Shown here in pieces: positions 26,561 through 39,050 of a stretch of DNA of 64,000 nucleotides. The position numbers and the translations under genes were made by a program. The stretch comes from Camelus ferus (lineage: Eukaryota): assembly GCF_009834535.1 (NCBI RefSeq), contig NC_045696.1, positions 43,650,001 through 43,714,000 of the forward strand, in the 5' to 3' direction. The notes under the pieces were generated by a model that made no database searches, was not told the origin of the DNA, and saw only the letters and a list, made by a program, of their open reading frames with translations. Position 1 is the stretch's first letter; the number at the start of each line of letters is the position of its first letter.

Positions 26561-28249
26561 AAATGGATGAGACATTGTTATGCAATCTTATAAACCATAC
26601 ACAAATCCTGGAACCAAAGAGGAAGAAATATTTTCAGAGCTGACCTTGAGAACAACAACAACAACAAAAAGATGTCAGGAATCCATTCACTGCTATCTTC
26701 CCAGAGGGAACATTCAGCTTTTCAGATTTTGCATGTAACAGTTTCATTGATTTGGCATTGACAAGTGATTGACTGATCATTGAGAGTTGTCTTGAATGAG
26801 ACGCTTTCAGTATATTTCAGATCGATTTTCAGTTGGGATATCCAGGCATATCTGACAACGTGACCCAACATTACTAACCTCCTTAGAAGCCAGTGATTTT
26901 AGGCAAAAAAATTTAAAAAAACAAAACTAATCATGTAAGGACTCTAATGTTTGGCTTATCACCACTAAAATATTACCTATCCTACTGGCATAAAGTAATC
27001 AAACTCAGGTCTGATCTAGAATGTGTTCAATGAAGATTTATAGTCAGACATATCAGAGACTGCTAATCAAATACAGTAAAGATAAGGATTATCAAGTGTT
27101 TATAATAAAAAATGATATTTATGGCTGGGACTAAATAAACAAAGAACAGAGCACATCCCCTTGATATAAATAATTCTTTACACACAGTACTAAAACAAGG
27201 TTCTAAATAAGTCATTCAAAATATAAAAATACAGAGATGACATCACAGCTCAAATAGTAGTACCAACCTGTAAAAGACTAGAGTTGTAATACAAGACCTA
27301 TTTATCAAACAAGAAAGTAATAATATTATAAATTCAATGGTCTGAAAAAAGTAGGAAAAAAAAGAACCTGGAACTCTGAAAATTATCAGGGTAAGCAAAC
27401 CTTCAAGATAAACAGGGATATTGGAAAAGTTATCTAAAGTAACATCCCTGTATGGTGTATTTCATTATGGGGTCATAATTCTTACCCAAAATTTCTAAAA
27501 TTCATTATTGGTGAAAACAGTAACTTCAGACATATGTTCTATTTCAAAATTTTTAAAAATTCAAATAAAAGTCTAGTAAAAAGCAAAATGTTATCTTTGA
27601 GAAGACCACACATTAAAAAACATGTTTCTTTCTTTTTTGTTGCTTGGAGTGATAGACTCATGTACAATATATAGTAGCATGTGCATCTGATAGGCATTGA
27701 AGCTCTAGGGTATATATAATGATAATATTTATATATTTACATATTAATTATATATGCTAACCATTTAGTATATAATATTACAAATAAAAGTCAAACTTCA
27801 TTAGACTTTCACTATATGTTACTTATATTAGTGATTAAAGCATGTATTATATACATAAAAAGTTGAACTAATGAACCTTAGAAATAAAATAATTTTATAG
27901 TAAAAGAAGCCTTTTACACATTGGGGTCTTTTGAGGATTTTTTGCTTCTTTAAGCTGTTTCTTGGTGCATAAATGTTTTGAATGACTTAACTAAATATTT
28001 ACATGTAGAATTTATCAGATTCTTTTTAAATGCTGTCTGTGAAAGTTAAAAGTGCAACTATAAGAGGAAGACCACTGGAATTGAATTGTAAATTACAGCC
28101 AATGTGGGATTCTGGAACTGGGAATATTTTATATCCATCAGGACATCATATTTCAAGGAAAACAAATCTCTTCTGTTATCTAGGTCTTAAATCTCAACTC
28201 TCTACACATCCCCACTTGTAGGTCAGTATTTCTATAGAAAAATGACACA

Positions 28250-29690
28250 ACAGTGTTCACTGGTCTCACTTTGAAATTCATAATCCTGACTCATATGAAC
28301 ACTCAGCACTGTCAGCAGCCCACATAAATATTTTCCTGGTGGGCTTTCCTGCCCAATCCCTGAGAAGGCTATTCCATACTAGCTTACTCCTTACCAAATT
28401 TCCAGTCCTCCATTAATTCTCTCAATTAATGAATCTGCCTTTTATTTCACTGAAAAAAATTTAGGAAATTGAAGAAAAGACCTTGTCAGCTCACAACCAA
28501 ACCAGTTGACAACCTATATTTGTACCTCAGCATTTTTCCTTTGCTCCTGTGACTTTGCTCCAAGTTTCAATTTATTTGATTTCTAGATTCTATTTCTTCT
28601 AGAACACTCAATATACTGGTTATGGCAATTACATTGTTTCTTTTCTATACCATCAATTTTTAGGTCTTCAGAGTCATTCCCACCAGCATACGATGTATTT
28701 CATTTTTAGGTCTTGCCTATTTATAAGCCAACTAAAAGGATCTCTCCTGACCATATTCTTACTTTGAAAATTGTATCATCCCCTTACAAGCAAAACATAC
28801 AAAAAAGAAATCAAGCTATATACAGTCAATATCTCAACTTTCTCGTAGTCTCTAATCTTCACATTTTATCTTCTCCAAATGCTCCATTTTTGATCTGTAT
28901 CTAACCCTACCTCTAAGCAGCAGAACACACAGTCGACCACTCCCTATTTTTTGAGGTATTTGTGGGTCATAGTTAGCATAACTACATACTACTCCGGTTT
29001 TCTTCCTATTGCAAAGTTCTCCTTCTCATTCTCCATTATTTTTCTTTTTTTGCATATGATCAAATTCTAAATATTGGCAGGTTTCAAGACTCTGCCCTGG
29101 AATTTCTATTTATCTCTATATCATATTCAGAAACAGAGAGAAGGACAGTGAGGTAGGATAACACATTCATCAGTCAAGCTTGAAATGATGCTTTTATAAC
29201 TTTTTTTTAATTGCAGAGAAACAAGAATGATCATTTTGTATTCAAAATCTCTAATAACTTTATACTTAACCTGGGGTAAAATAGAAACCCCTCACAAACT
29301 CCACTTAAGGCTTATGGTTCATGCCTTTCCTATGTCTCCAACTTTACATCACATTATTTGTGTTTACTGTCTTTGTCAGGCATGAACCTTCTTCAGGTCT
29401 TCACAAGCCTGACCTCTTTTGAACATTCAGATACTAGCTCAGTCTCCTCTCCTTAGTAGGAATTAACAGACTACTCTATTGAAGATTCCTACTTCTTTTC
29501 ACCCGCCATCATTGCCCTTTATTATATCCATCTACTCTCTCTTAGGACTTATTTCTATTGAGATGATCTTGATTATTTGCTTACCTTCTTTCATAAGCTT
29601 ATCTGTCTCTGTTGCCAGTGTTTAAAAAATGACTGGTAAAGCCTCTGACACATAACAGTGATCAATATATAGCTGTTCAATAAATGATAG
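28250..29690 (+). mobile_element. L2 (fragmented ORF2 to 3' end)
   Basis: ccttttatttcactgaaaaaa, acacagtcgaccactccct, ctccggttttcttcct, ctgacacataacagtgatcaata...tgttcaataaatga. Confidence 0.75.
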
Positions 29691-30019
29691 CTTGAAAATT
29701 CTAAAATATTAATGTTAAAACATGTTGGAAATAATGTTAAGTTTTAATAAAGTGAGCAACACTTTTAAGGGTAAGAAAATAAAAACTAATATGGTTTACA
29801 CTTTTTAAAAAATTCTTAAGGGCATGATTATAATAAAATCTCTCCTCTTCACTCTTTCTCTATATAACAGAATTTTGAGGGTTCCATCCCAAAAACATTT
29901 CCTCAAGTTCATTTGCCTAAAGGGAAATTTGGGGTACTGCACATATTGTCTTGCAGGTTAGAAAACTGGTCTGTGACAGGTAACTCCACACATAGTAGAG
30001 ACAGAAGATTAGGATGACT

Positions 30020-30480
30020 TACACTGAAAAGGGTCTTGAAAGCAAATTTGATATAAAATAATTAAGAATCATTATAGGTTTTGAACAGCAGAACAACATG
30101 AAAAGTATTAAGTGAGAATGTTACATCAAGCATAAGCTGAGAAATGAACTGGAGGGAAATCTATATGGAAAATCTCTGTATTGTGTATAAGTGCACAGAA
30201 AAGTCTATAAATACATTAAATAGGAAATTAACTAAGGACATGGAAAAAGTAGGCTAAATTTTAAAATGGACATAAAATTTTGGGACCTACTGATAAATTG
30301 AATGCAGATGAGGATGAGGACAAAGAGAATGAGAAGTTTTAGTTTTGAACCTGGGCAACTAGAGAAGAATCACACCAGTGGCTGTGAGATGGGAGAAGGG
30401 CAATATCCAGGAATAATGATATCTTATGGGAGATATGACAGACTCAGTTTTCAGTGTCAATGTTACATTTGACAGTGCAT
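30020..30480 (-). mobile_element. L2 fragments
   Basis: aatcattataggttttgaacagcagaacaacatg; ggacctactgataaattgaatg; ttttgaacctgggcaact. Confidence 0.6.
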
Positions 30481-33400
30481 TAAAATTAAACTAACATCAT
30501 GTCTGAAGCAGAATATAAACAGTGGAGTTATAAATAAAGAAGGATGAAGCCTTTTTCCCTTTCCATATCCCTCCTGGCAAGTTCAAACTCTGGCTGCCCA
30601 TTATCCTTACCTTCCTTTTGAATCACACCATTTTTTTTTTCATTATTGGACATCAGTTATGTGCTAAGTACTCTCAGATGCTCTTAAAATTTACTTAAGT
30701 CACTAAAAACACCACTCTCCCTATAATTATATTACAGCAAGCGAGAATATGGTAATGAAGTAGCTGCTGCACTCAGCCACTGCTTCCTTTCTCGTCAAAC
30801 AGTTGTAGGTTTGGGGTCTATTACACTCCAAACAGCCTCGCTTTCCTTTAAAACATGATTTTATTTTTAATAGAATTTGGTAATCCCTCTCCTCCCCAAC
30901 TTCTTGCCACCAAAATCTGAAGCATTCCCTAAATCAGTGTGTTTCACAGGCATGCGTATTAAATTGCCATTAAAAAAACAAAACAGGAAAATGATCTTGC
31001 TTTAGATGTTTTTTTGTTTTAAATGGTTGGGATTTGGACTCACAGTTATTTTTGTTTTAAAAAGTTAAGTAGGTATTAAGTCCACCTCCATCCATATGTG
31101 GGCAAACACACACACATACACACACACATTATAACTATGGAGAAATACTTTTTTCATACAGCTACAAAGTTATTGACTTTAGAAAAGAATTGAGGAATAT
31201 AAAGTGTCACACTGCAGAGTATATTTACCCTAGAGATTCTGTTGGAAATTTAGTACACAGAGCAAAAAATTGAATCATACTTGAAAATCCCTCAGAGAAG
31301 CCATGTTTGATACCCACACAGACATTTTTTTTTTCCCTTTATTGTTGTATCTAATCACCATTTTTAATTTGGCAATGCCATGTGATAGTTGTCTCACATT
31401 TAGGTATTTATCTAAAATCCATTTTAAATTATTCAACATCTCATGCATAATAAATACAAACTTATAACAACCAATAAAATAAATGCCCATCTGCACAGAT
31501 GGTTTCTCTGCATGATCTGCTCTGTACCCTGTGATTCATGATTTACACGCCCTAGAGAAAAGAGCTTTTTATAAACACTGGATTAACACCATAATTACAC
31601 TTAATTTGGAGAACTGCTGACATTAAGGAGGTGGAAGACAACTATGACAATGGATAAACAGGAGAACCATAGATCCCATCTCAATCACTGGAGTATAAAT
31701 TCAATGAATGAAGAGTCCCATAGAGTCTATGACACTATATGCATTATTCTCTTTTTTCCTTCTCTTTTTGAAGAATAACTGGTTGAATTCACATTATCTC
31801 CCTGCTTCTAATCGTGATGTTCCTTTTCTCCAAAATCCTGCTGTGTGTATTACACAACTTGTTACAATCTATATCTTAAAAGACCAATCACAAATTAGGG
31901 GATCAAATAAGAAAAGTGCTTAGAGTTTTAATAGAATATTAGGACTAGAGAGAGAAATGGAACTGCTGAGTCAGGGAAGTTGTAAAATTGCTGATTCAAG
32001 CAATGAGGGGGTTATTTTTGTAAATCACTTCCTGTACATGACATAGTATATAGAAAGAGAAAGACACATTCAGTCCATGTTCTACTGTAAGGATGGTTAT
32101 GGGACCACTATATCACTCCTGCCTTCCCTCCTCTTTCCACTTATTGACTTGTTGATCCTATGATGCTCCTTATGTTAATGTCTGAATATTACTGGATTCC
32201 TGACCTCCAGTAGTTTTCAGTCTGGTCAGGGAATACAACACTGAAAAAAAAAATGATTACACTTAAATGTGGAAAGTGAGAATTGCTCTGAGGATAAGGA
32301 TATTAGAGACCACTTGACCAACAGAGGTGACTCTCCTTGTGAGATCTGACACTTGTAAAGCCAAGAGAGAGGATGATGATTTAATATCAAGGGCTGGCTA
32401 AAATTAGTGGTAAAAAATAATCATTCTAGGGATTTGGTAGTTGATATTTCCCCTGGTATCAGATTCCTCTTAGAAAGAATTATCTTTGTTTATAAAACAA
32501 AAATACTGTGTATGAAAAGATAGGTTCCAGATCAAAGACTGGAACTTCACAGGACACTGAAAACTACAAGAGGGCTTACGTTCCTCTCTGATTAAACAGA
32601 ACTTGTTGAGAAATTATTTATTTTTTCTTTTTTGGTTTGTTTTTATCTGATAATATAGGAAGAAGAGAAAGAAAGTAGTGTGGCAGGTGATGGAGGAATA
32701 TGAAAAGATAGGAGACCAAATTTTGTCTTTTTAAAAGTTGGGGTATGAAGCACTCAATTTTAATTTAATTGTGTTGCTGCAAGTCATAGGCTTCAAAATG
32801 GACTAACAGTGTTCTAAGTTCACAAAGGCCATAAGCAAGCATTTTGTCTTTTGTAAGCAAACAAACGTCCAGGGACAGAAGCAGCAGTTGCAGGATAATG
32901 AGATCTCCATACACTTAACTCAACCAGTGGAGGGAGGAACTCGGCCAGAGGTGACATGAGAACACAAATCTGAGAATTTACATTGTATTTTACACAGGCT
33001 ATGGTACTGAGTTTGAATTCATCTTCTCTAGATATTAAATGGTAAGAGTGACTCCCAACTTGCATCTGACGTTGTTACTTTCCTTTTGATCATGGCAAAG
33101 TCATTTAGGGTAACATCTTTAACCTTACGAAATGAAAATGTTAATGTAAGCAATCTCAACATTTGCCTCGATATTATTGTCCCCCTAACTACCTTTTCTT
33201 GTATTTCATGTCTAAACTTTGGAAGCAGGAGAATACAATGACTGCATTCACCTAGTCACTGCCTGTCTACATGTCCTGTAGGTGCCAGCCTCTTTGATTG
33301 ATGCTAGGAAAGCCTGAGGCATTCCCCTGGCCTGGTCTGTGTTACTTCTAGGGAACAGCCACAGACATTTCCCTCAGACCTAGAATTCTGCCTTTATTAG

Positions 33401-33537
33401 GGTTGAGGGAGGAGAGTCTGAGGTTTCAGGTTCACTCTTTTTAGCTAATTCAAAGCACAAGATTTGAAATCAGAACATGGGAAGAGAGCTGCCAGGTTAC
33501 TCAAGCAGTCAGTTATCTGAATTACCCAGGGCTATCA

Positions 33538-33765
33538 GTGGGAAGGGATAGACGGGATTTCAAAATTGTAGAATAGATAAACAAGATTATACTGTATAGC
33601 ACAGGGAAATATACACAAGATCTTATGGTAGCTCACAGAGAAAAAAATATGACAATGAAGATATATATGTTCATGTATAACTGAAAAATTGTGCTCTACA
33701 CAGGAATTTGACACAACATTGTAAAATGATTATAAATCAATAAAAAAATGTTAAAAAAAAAAAAA
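33538..33765 (+). mobile_element. Young camelid-type L1 3' end with poly(A)
   Basis: gggaagggatagacgggatttcaaaattgtagaatagataaacaagattatactgtatagcacaggg...caataaaaaaatgtt(A)n; near-identical to the reverse complement of 51.93-52.15 kb; no clear TSD. Confidence 0.95.
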
Positions 33766-34311
33766 GGAAGAGGGAACTTTATGGGTTGGGAGTGGCCTGA
33801 TTTCTCCTCTGGTTGTTTTGTTAGTAGCTGTCATACAGCTAGCAATACGTTTATTTGAGATGGGCATCTTTGAAATGGATGCCTCTGCAATCAAAAGCTT
33901 CAATGTCAGGCATTTACACTACACTGTCCTTAATTCTTTAGTTTCTCTTATACCATTTTAACTGTTCTCACAAAAGTAAACAATATCGTGCTAATTAACC
34001 AAATATACCAACCTATATTTCATGGCTCTGAAACCCTTCTGGATAAAGTAAAATATATACAATTTAGCCTTCATGACCTCAATAATCTGGCTGCAAACCA
34101 TCTTACTTCTGATGGATCTCCTACATGAATGATCTGTTCCAGACACATTTTATGCTCACTACTGGCCAAATATATCTTTCCATTCCTTCGTTGTCTAGGC
34201 AGTTTTTTGAAATTGCTTTGCCTTCCTTTTACCAGTATTCCTGCAAATATGTTCTCTTTATTCCAAATAACCAAATGTTCTCTGATCTTTGAGGACAGAT
34301 CCAAACTATAT

Positions 34312-34852
34312 TGTCAGGAATCAAGAAATATCCCCTTCTAACAGTCTTCGGTTCTTATGACTGGACTAATAGTAAACTTGACACAGGTCAGATTAACAGG
34401 AGAAAAAGAAACAAATTTAATTCATTCATGTACACGGAAGTCCAATAGAAATGGGACCGAAAAAGTGGCCAAAACTGACAGCTTTTATACTTTGCAGACA
34501 AACAATGAATTTGTGAGGAATTTACAGAACAAAAAGCAACTTAGGTTTTGGGTGCTTAATTAGTGAATAAACAAAACAGAATGTGGGCTTCGGCTAGTAA
34601 ATTAAAGCAGTAACAAGATTTGTTATGCAGGCTTCTTAGCTTTGAATTCCCGATCTCAGGCAATCAGGGTGTCTTTCTACCTCCAGATGCAGGGGGCACC
34701 TTTCACATGGCAAATTTATTTCCCGCTTTCAGGGGGAAAGAGAAGGAAGGGTCAGAGTTTCCTTCTTGCATCCGCTGCTTCTCAAACTCAATTCAAAATA
34801 ATCAATACACCATTGTGGCATATTGTGAGGCTGCCTGCCCTAATCCCCAACA
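34312..34852 (-). mobile_element. ERV1 solo LTR, MER34-like, full length (541 bp)
   Basis: TG...CA termini; 4-bp TSD atat (34308-34311 / 34853-34856); minus strand caatatgccac...gattattttgaa...aataaatttgccatgtgaaaggtgcccc. Confidence 0.9.
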
Positions 34853-35903
34853 ATATATTGTACAATATTTATATAATTATCATTTTTGAAACTGGAGCAT
34901 TAAGATCCTGACTACTTGTATCCTTTCACTGCATCTATCATATAAAAATAATATTTACTATAAATATTAATTGATTTTATAAACATTTTTGATAATTTAA
35001 TGTAAGTGAATTTGAGTGAATTTAGAAGTACTATATTACACAGTTTTTTAATCTCAGCAACCATCACCAAATACTTTTATGGAACATTGAACCAGACATA
35101 GAAGAGAATTTAGAATTAAAAAAAGTTATCCTCTCAAATAATAATCTATCCAAAACAAATATAAACATTCCCAACAATTACCAATGACAAAAATTTTTAA
35201 ACAATGATGCATTCTGCATATGGTAATTAGGAAACATAAAGTGTTTTAGTTTTTACTCTGCAAACATTTTCTCACTAAAAAAGATTATTAAAAACGTATA
35301 TTTCTATGATGTTGAATAGTTTGTTCACAAACGTATTTAGCGTCATAGCCTACTCTTTCTTATGGAGAATACTTTACTCTTTTATACTATCTTTTGACCA
35401 CTTATAATTTTTCCAGTATTTTGATGCTACCACAGCATTTTGATATCTTAGAAGATCTCTAACTTGTAAAATAAATTCATATCATATTAGTAAATGTTAA
35501 GTGGAATAAAATTCAAAATGTATGACTGATGGGTATGTAAAAAGTATTCTCCTTGCAATCCTCACCTTATGGTATCTGAAAAATTAACTAATTGGGCTAT
35601 AAATTAGACCATCAGTAAAGTCATATGACATGAAAATTTTAAGCACCAAGCTTCATGTTAATCTCCTGTCATATCTGAGATAATAGGGAAATCATTACTA
35701 ATAAAATCTGATCTTTCAGCAAAACATCATTACTGATTTTCTCATTTAATATCGCTTAACCACTATTTACAACAATCATCATAGTTTCCTCTGATTAAAC
35801 ATCAAATCTATACCTTAAAATATCTTAAAATGTGATCTTTTAAGAAATGACTATTTTCTTTTCTGGTTCATTACTTTTTTTTAACAGTTTATAAGGAAAA
35901 TGT

Positions 35904-36256
35904 ATTTTTTTAACTTTTCCATTTTTATTGAAGTATAGGCAGTTTACAATGTTGTGTCAATTTCTAGTGTACAACATAATATTTTATTCAACATAAACAT
36001 ATATATTCCTTTTCATATTCTTTTTCATAATAGGTTACTACAAGATATTGAATATAGTGCCCTGTGCTATACAGTGTAAACTTGTTATCTATTTTATATA
36101 TAGTAGTTAGTATCTGCAAATCTCGAACTACAAATTTATCCCTTCCCACTCCCTTCCCCCTCTGGTAACCGTAAGTTTGTTTTCTATGTAGTGAGTCTGT
36201 TTCTGTTTTATAAATAAGTTCCTTTGTGTCTTTTTTTTTTTTAGATTCCACATATG
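35904..36256 (-). mobile_element. L1 3'UTR (cetartiodactyl/camelid, older subfamily), 5'-truncated
   Basis: tttattgaagtatag...tttacaatgttgtg; ccctgtgctatacagt; ggtaaccgtaagtttgttttctatgt; ttagattccacatat. Confidence 0.92.
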
Positions 36257-37084
36257 TCATATATAGTCATGTTTTGATCCTTTATATATTGAGTCCAAAG
36301 GAAATTCAGTGTTCAAAAATAAAGTTTCTATGTAATAAAGATATAACAATTACATCGATCATTGGTTTTAATTATGTTTTTCTTTAAATAGCATTTTGGA
36401 AAAGATTTTCCTCCTTAGGTAATTCTTCACTTTAACAGGTTTGTGTAGTCATTCCAATCTGATATTGGCAATGGCTGATTCAAAGAAAAGTACTGGAAGA
36501 ATAAATGTATTAGTTTTACTTAACAATGATACTAGAAAAAATAATTATAATGGAGAGAAACCAACAATATAAAATATCATATATACCTAGTTATTTGCAT
36601 TGTGTATTACAATGCAAGTTCATCTAATGTTTCAATAATTTTATTTTATGGAAAGTTGTATCTTTCCAGTTTAGTATTCCTATACATAAATTATGAAACA
36701 TTGATTATCAATATATCCATGCATTTTAAGAGATCTCTGGTTACGCTGTTTTAAACTAATGACACAGTCTTGAAAACTGTAGCATTAATGCTAAAGATCT
36801 GTCTGTATTCTATTATATTGTCTTATTTTTTAGTACTTCACAATTTGGATTATGAAGAATGCTCTTCAGGCACAATCTAGGCAAAATAACATTAGCTTTA
36901 GGAACACATTTATTTTAAAAAAGTAAATTTAGAAGTCAATTTTTTGAGTTAATTTTTTTGTTAATCATTTGGATTATGTAATTACAACAGGTATACATTT
37001 ACTCTTGTATTACTAAATATACCTCCATCTGAAGCACAAATGGAAGTGTCACTTATTGGAGACAACAGCACAAAAGACCACTTT

Positions 37085-37225
37085 TGATTTTCATTTCAGT
37101 GGTTTGTGACCTTGGGCAAACCACAGCAAGATTCAGCTTGTCATGTAAGGAAAGGAAACTGTGCCCTGCTTCCTAGCCTGACTCACGACAATACTGAGTG
37201 GAATGATACAAATCTATAAAAGATG
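37085..37225 (+). mobile_element. MIR fragment
   Basis: tgtgaccttgggcaa core. Confidence 0.55.
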
Positions 37226-37579
37226 GGCTATCACTCTTCTCCTGAGAGTGTCACTAGACCTTCCACTTTGCACATCTCTTTTAGAGCTACTCTTGAAGGA
37301 GAATCTTTTGGAATACAAAAATAAAACTGAAGTATCCTATATACTCTTGTTCCCATTACTTCCTTGTCTGGAAGCTGCACTGATTCTCTCCCATCTATAG
37401 CAAGTGATTTAAAGTCCTTAAGCAACAATCTTCTAAGTGATTAGCAAAGTACCTTGCATCCTTTTATAAAGATTTGCATGTACTTCCAAGTTATAATCAG
37501 ACTCGTGAGATAAAGTGGTTCATCTTTGTTCATCTCCTTCCTCTACATTAAGTTTTTATTTCTAGGCAACCAGTCCAAT

Positions 37580-37900
37580 ATTTCTTTTAATCAGCAAGTA
37601 TTTACTGGGACTTATATGTTTAGACCTATGAAGGCATTAAAGAGGATACGAAGATATTTAAGAAGGGCCCTTATGCTTAAAATCTTAGTTGGTAAAATGA
37701 GATTTAAATACATAAAGCCATTATATGACAATGTAAATAAACTCTAAGCTATCATAGATATGATAAGACATGAGTTGAGCTCATAAATAAATAAAATTTG
37801 CATAAAGAGTAAGGAAGAAGAGAGCATTCTAAACATTAAGAATAGCAAAGTGTGCTCAGGGTACATGACGACAATAAAAGAGAGAGAACTTGCCTGACTG
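37580..37900 (-). mobile_element. L2 3' fragments
   Basis: tcagcaagtatttactgggacttatatg; aagagagcattctaaac...aatagcaaag. Confidence 0.55.
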
Positions 37901-38199
37901 GGGCTAATACCGAGAGAATAGGCAGAATTTGATAAAGAAGACCTGAGCTCTAGTTACATATATATTTTACCTTCCTTACATATATATAAAAAATTACATA
38001 TTTACTAATACAATAGTTACATATGTATTTTAAACACTGCATTGCCTCAGAATAATACAACTTTCTGATGATAATCCTACACTCTTTACTCTAAAGTTTT
38101 TGTCCTATAATCAAAATTTTTATCACACAACCCTTTAGTTCAAAATACTCCTTTGGTTTCCTGCTACATCTTTGTTTAAGCTCCTCCAAATACAATCCC

Positions 38200-39050
38200 T
38201 TCCTTATGAATTAGATGACCTAGCAGGCTCTCAACTGGAAATGTACCAAACTGAACTCACCCTTAACATCACTCATGATCTCTTTCCTCTTATTGCCTTC
38301 CCTATATAAAGAATTACATCACCATTCCCAATGTTACCCAAGCTAGAAATTGAGAAGTTTGCTCATTTAGGCTCTTATCTTTATTTATTCAAATTTCAAT
38401 TGTTTTTCAGGTCTTTCTCATTCTATTTGCTAAATATTTTCTAGATTATCTCTATGTTTTTGTTTGTACATTTGTTTGTTTAACCTGTTACTTTTTTTTC
38501 TGACCCTCATCAATTACTACCAGGATTCTATTTAAAAATATTCAATTATTACTTTACTGTTTTCACATTAAAACAACCAGCATAATATATAGTTCCTTTG
38601 GATCCCCTCTCAGCCCTCTTTTTCAGCTTCTCCCATAGCTTTCTTCCTCCTTAATAACCTTAAACCAGCTATTCAGAATTAATATCATGTTCTATAATGA
38701 GCCAGGCTCTTTACAGATTTGTGGATTTGCCTGAGCCACTGTTATATCTGACAGCTTAATTCCCCTCTCTTCAATTTGTAAACAACTCTGGTCCTTCAAG
38801 ACGCTGCTTAAATATTTACCCTCTCAAAGCCTTTTGTGTACCTGAGTTGGGTTCATCTACCTAGATTATTAGATTATATAGTAACCTTATTATAGCAATT
38901 TCAACCTTGTGCCAAACTAAAATAATGTAGTTATTTGTTGCCCCTACATTCTTCAAGTTTGAGTTCAAGGACTCACTTTATCTTATTTTTCTGGTAGAAA
39001 CATGACATCTATCTGCTACATAGTAAATGTTCAATATCTGTTCCTTAAAT
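38200..39050 (+). mobile_element. L2 fragments to the 3' end
   Basis: ccaaactgaactcac, ccaagctagaaattgaga, tccttcaagacgctgct, catagtaaatgttcaatatctgtt. Confidence 0.7.

Noticed and set aside
36595..36617. 9-bp-arm hairpin ttgcattgt/acaatgcaa (a similar one at 50043-50076)
   Set aside because: Expected by chance a few times in 64 kb of AT-rich DNA
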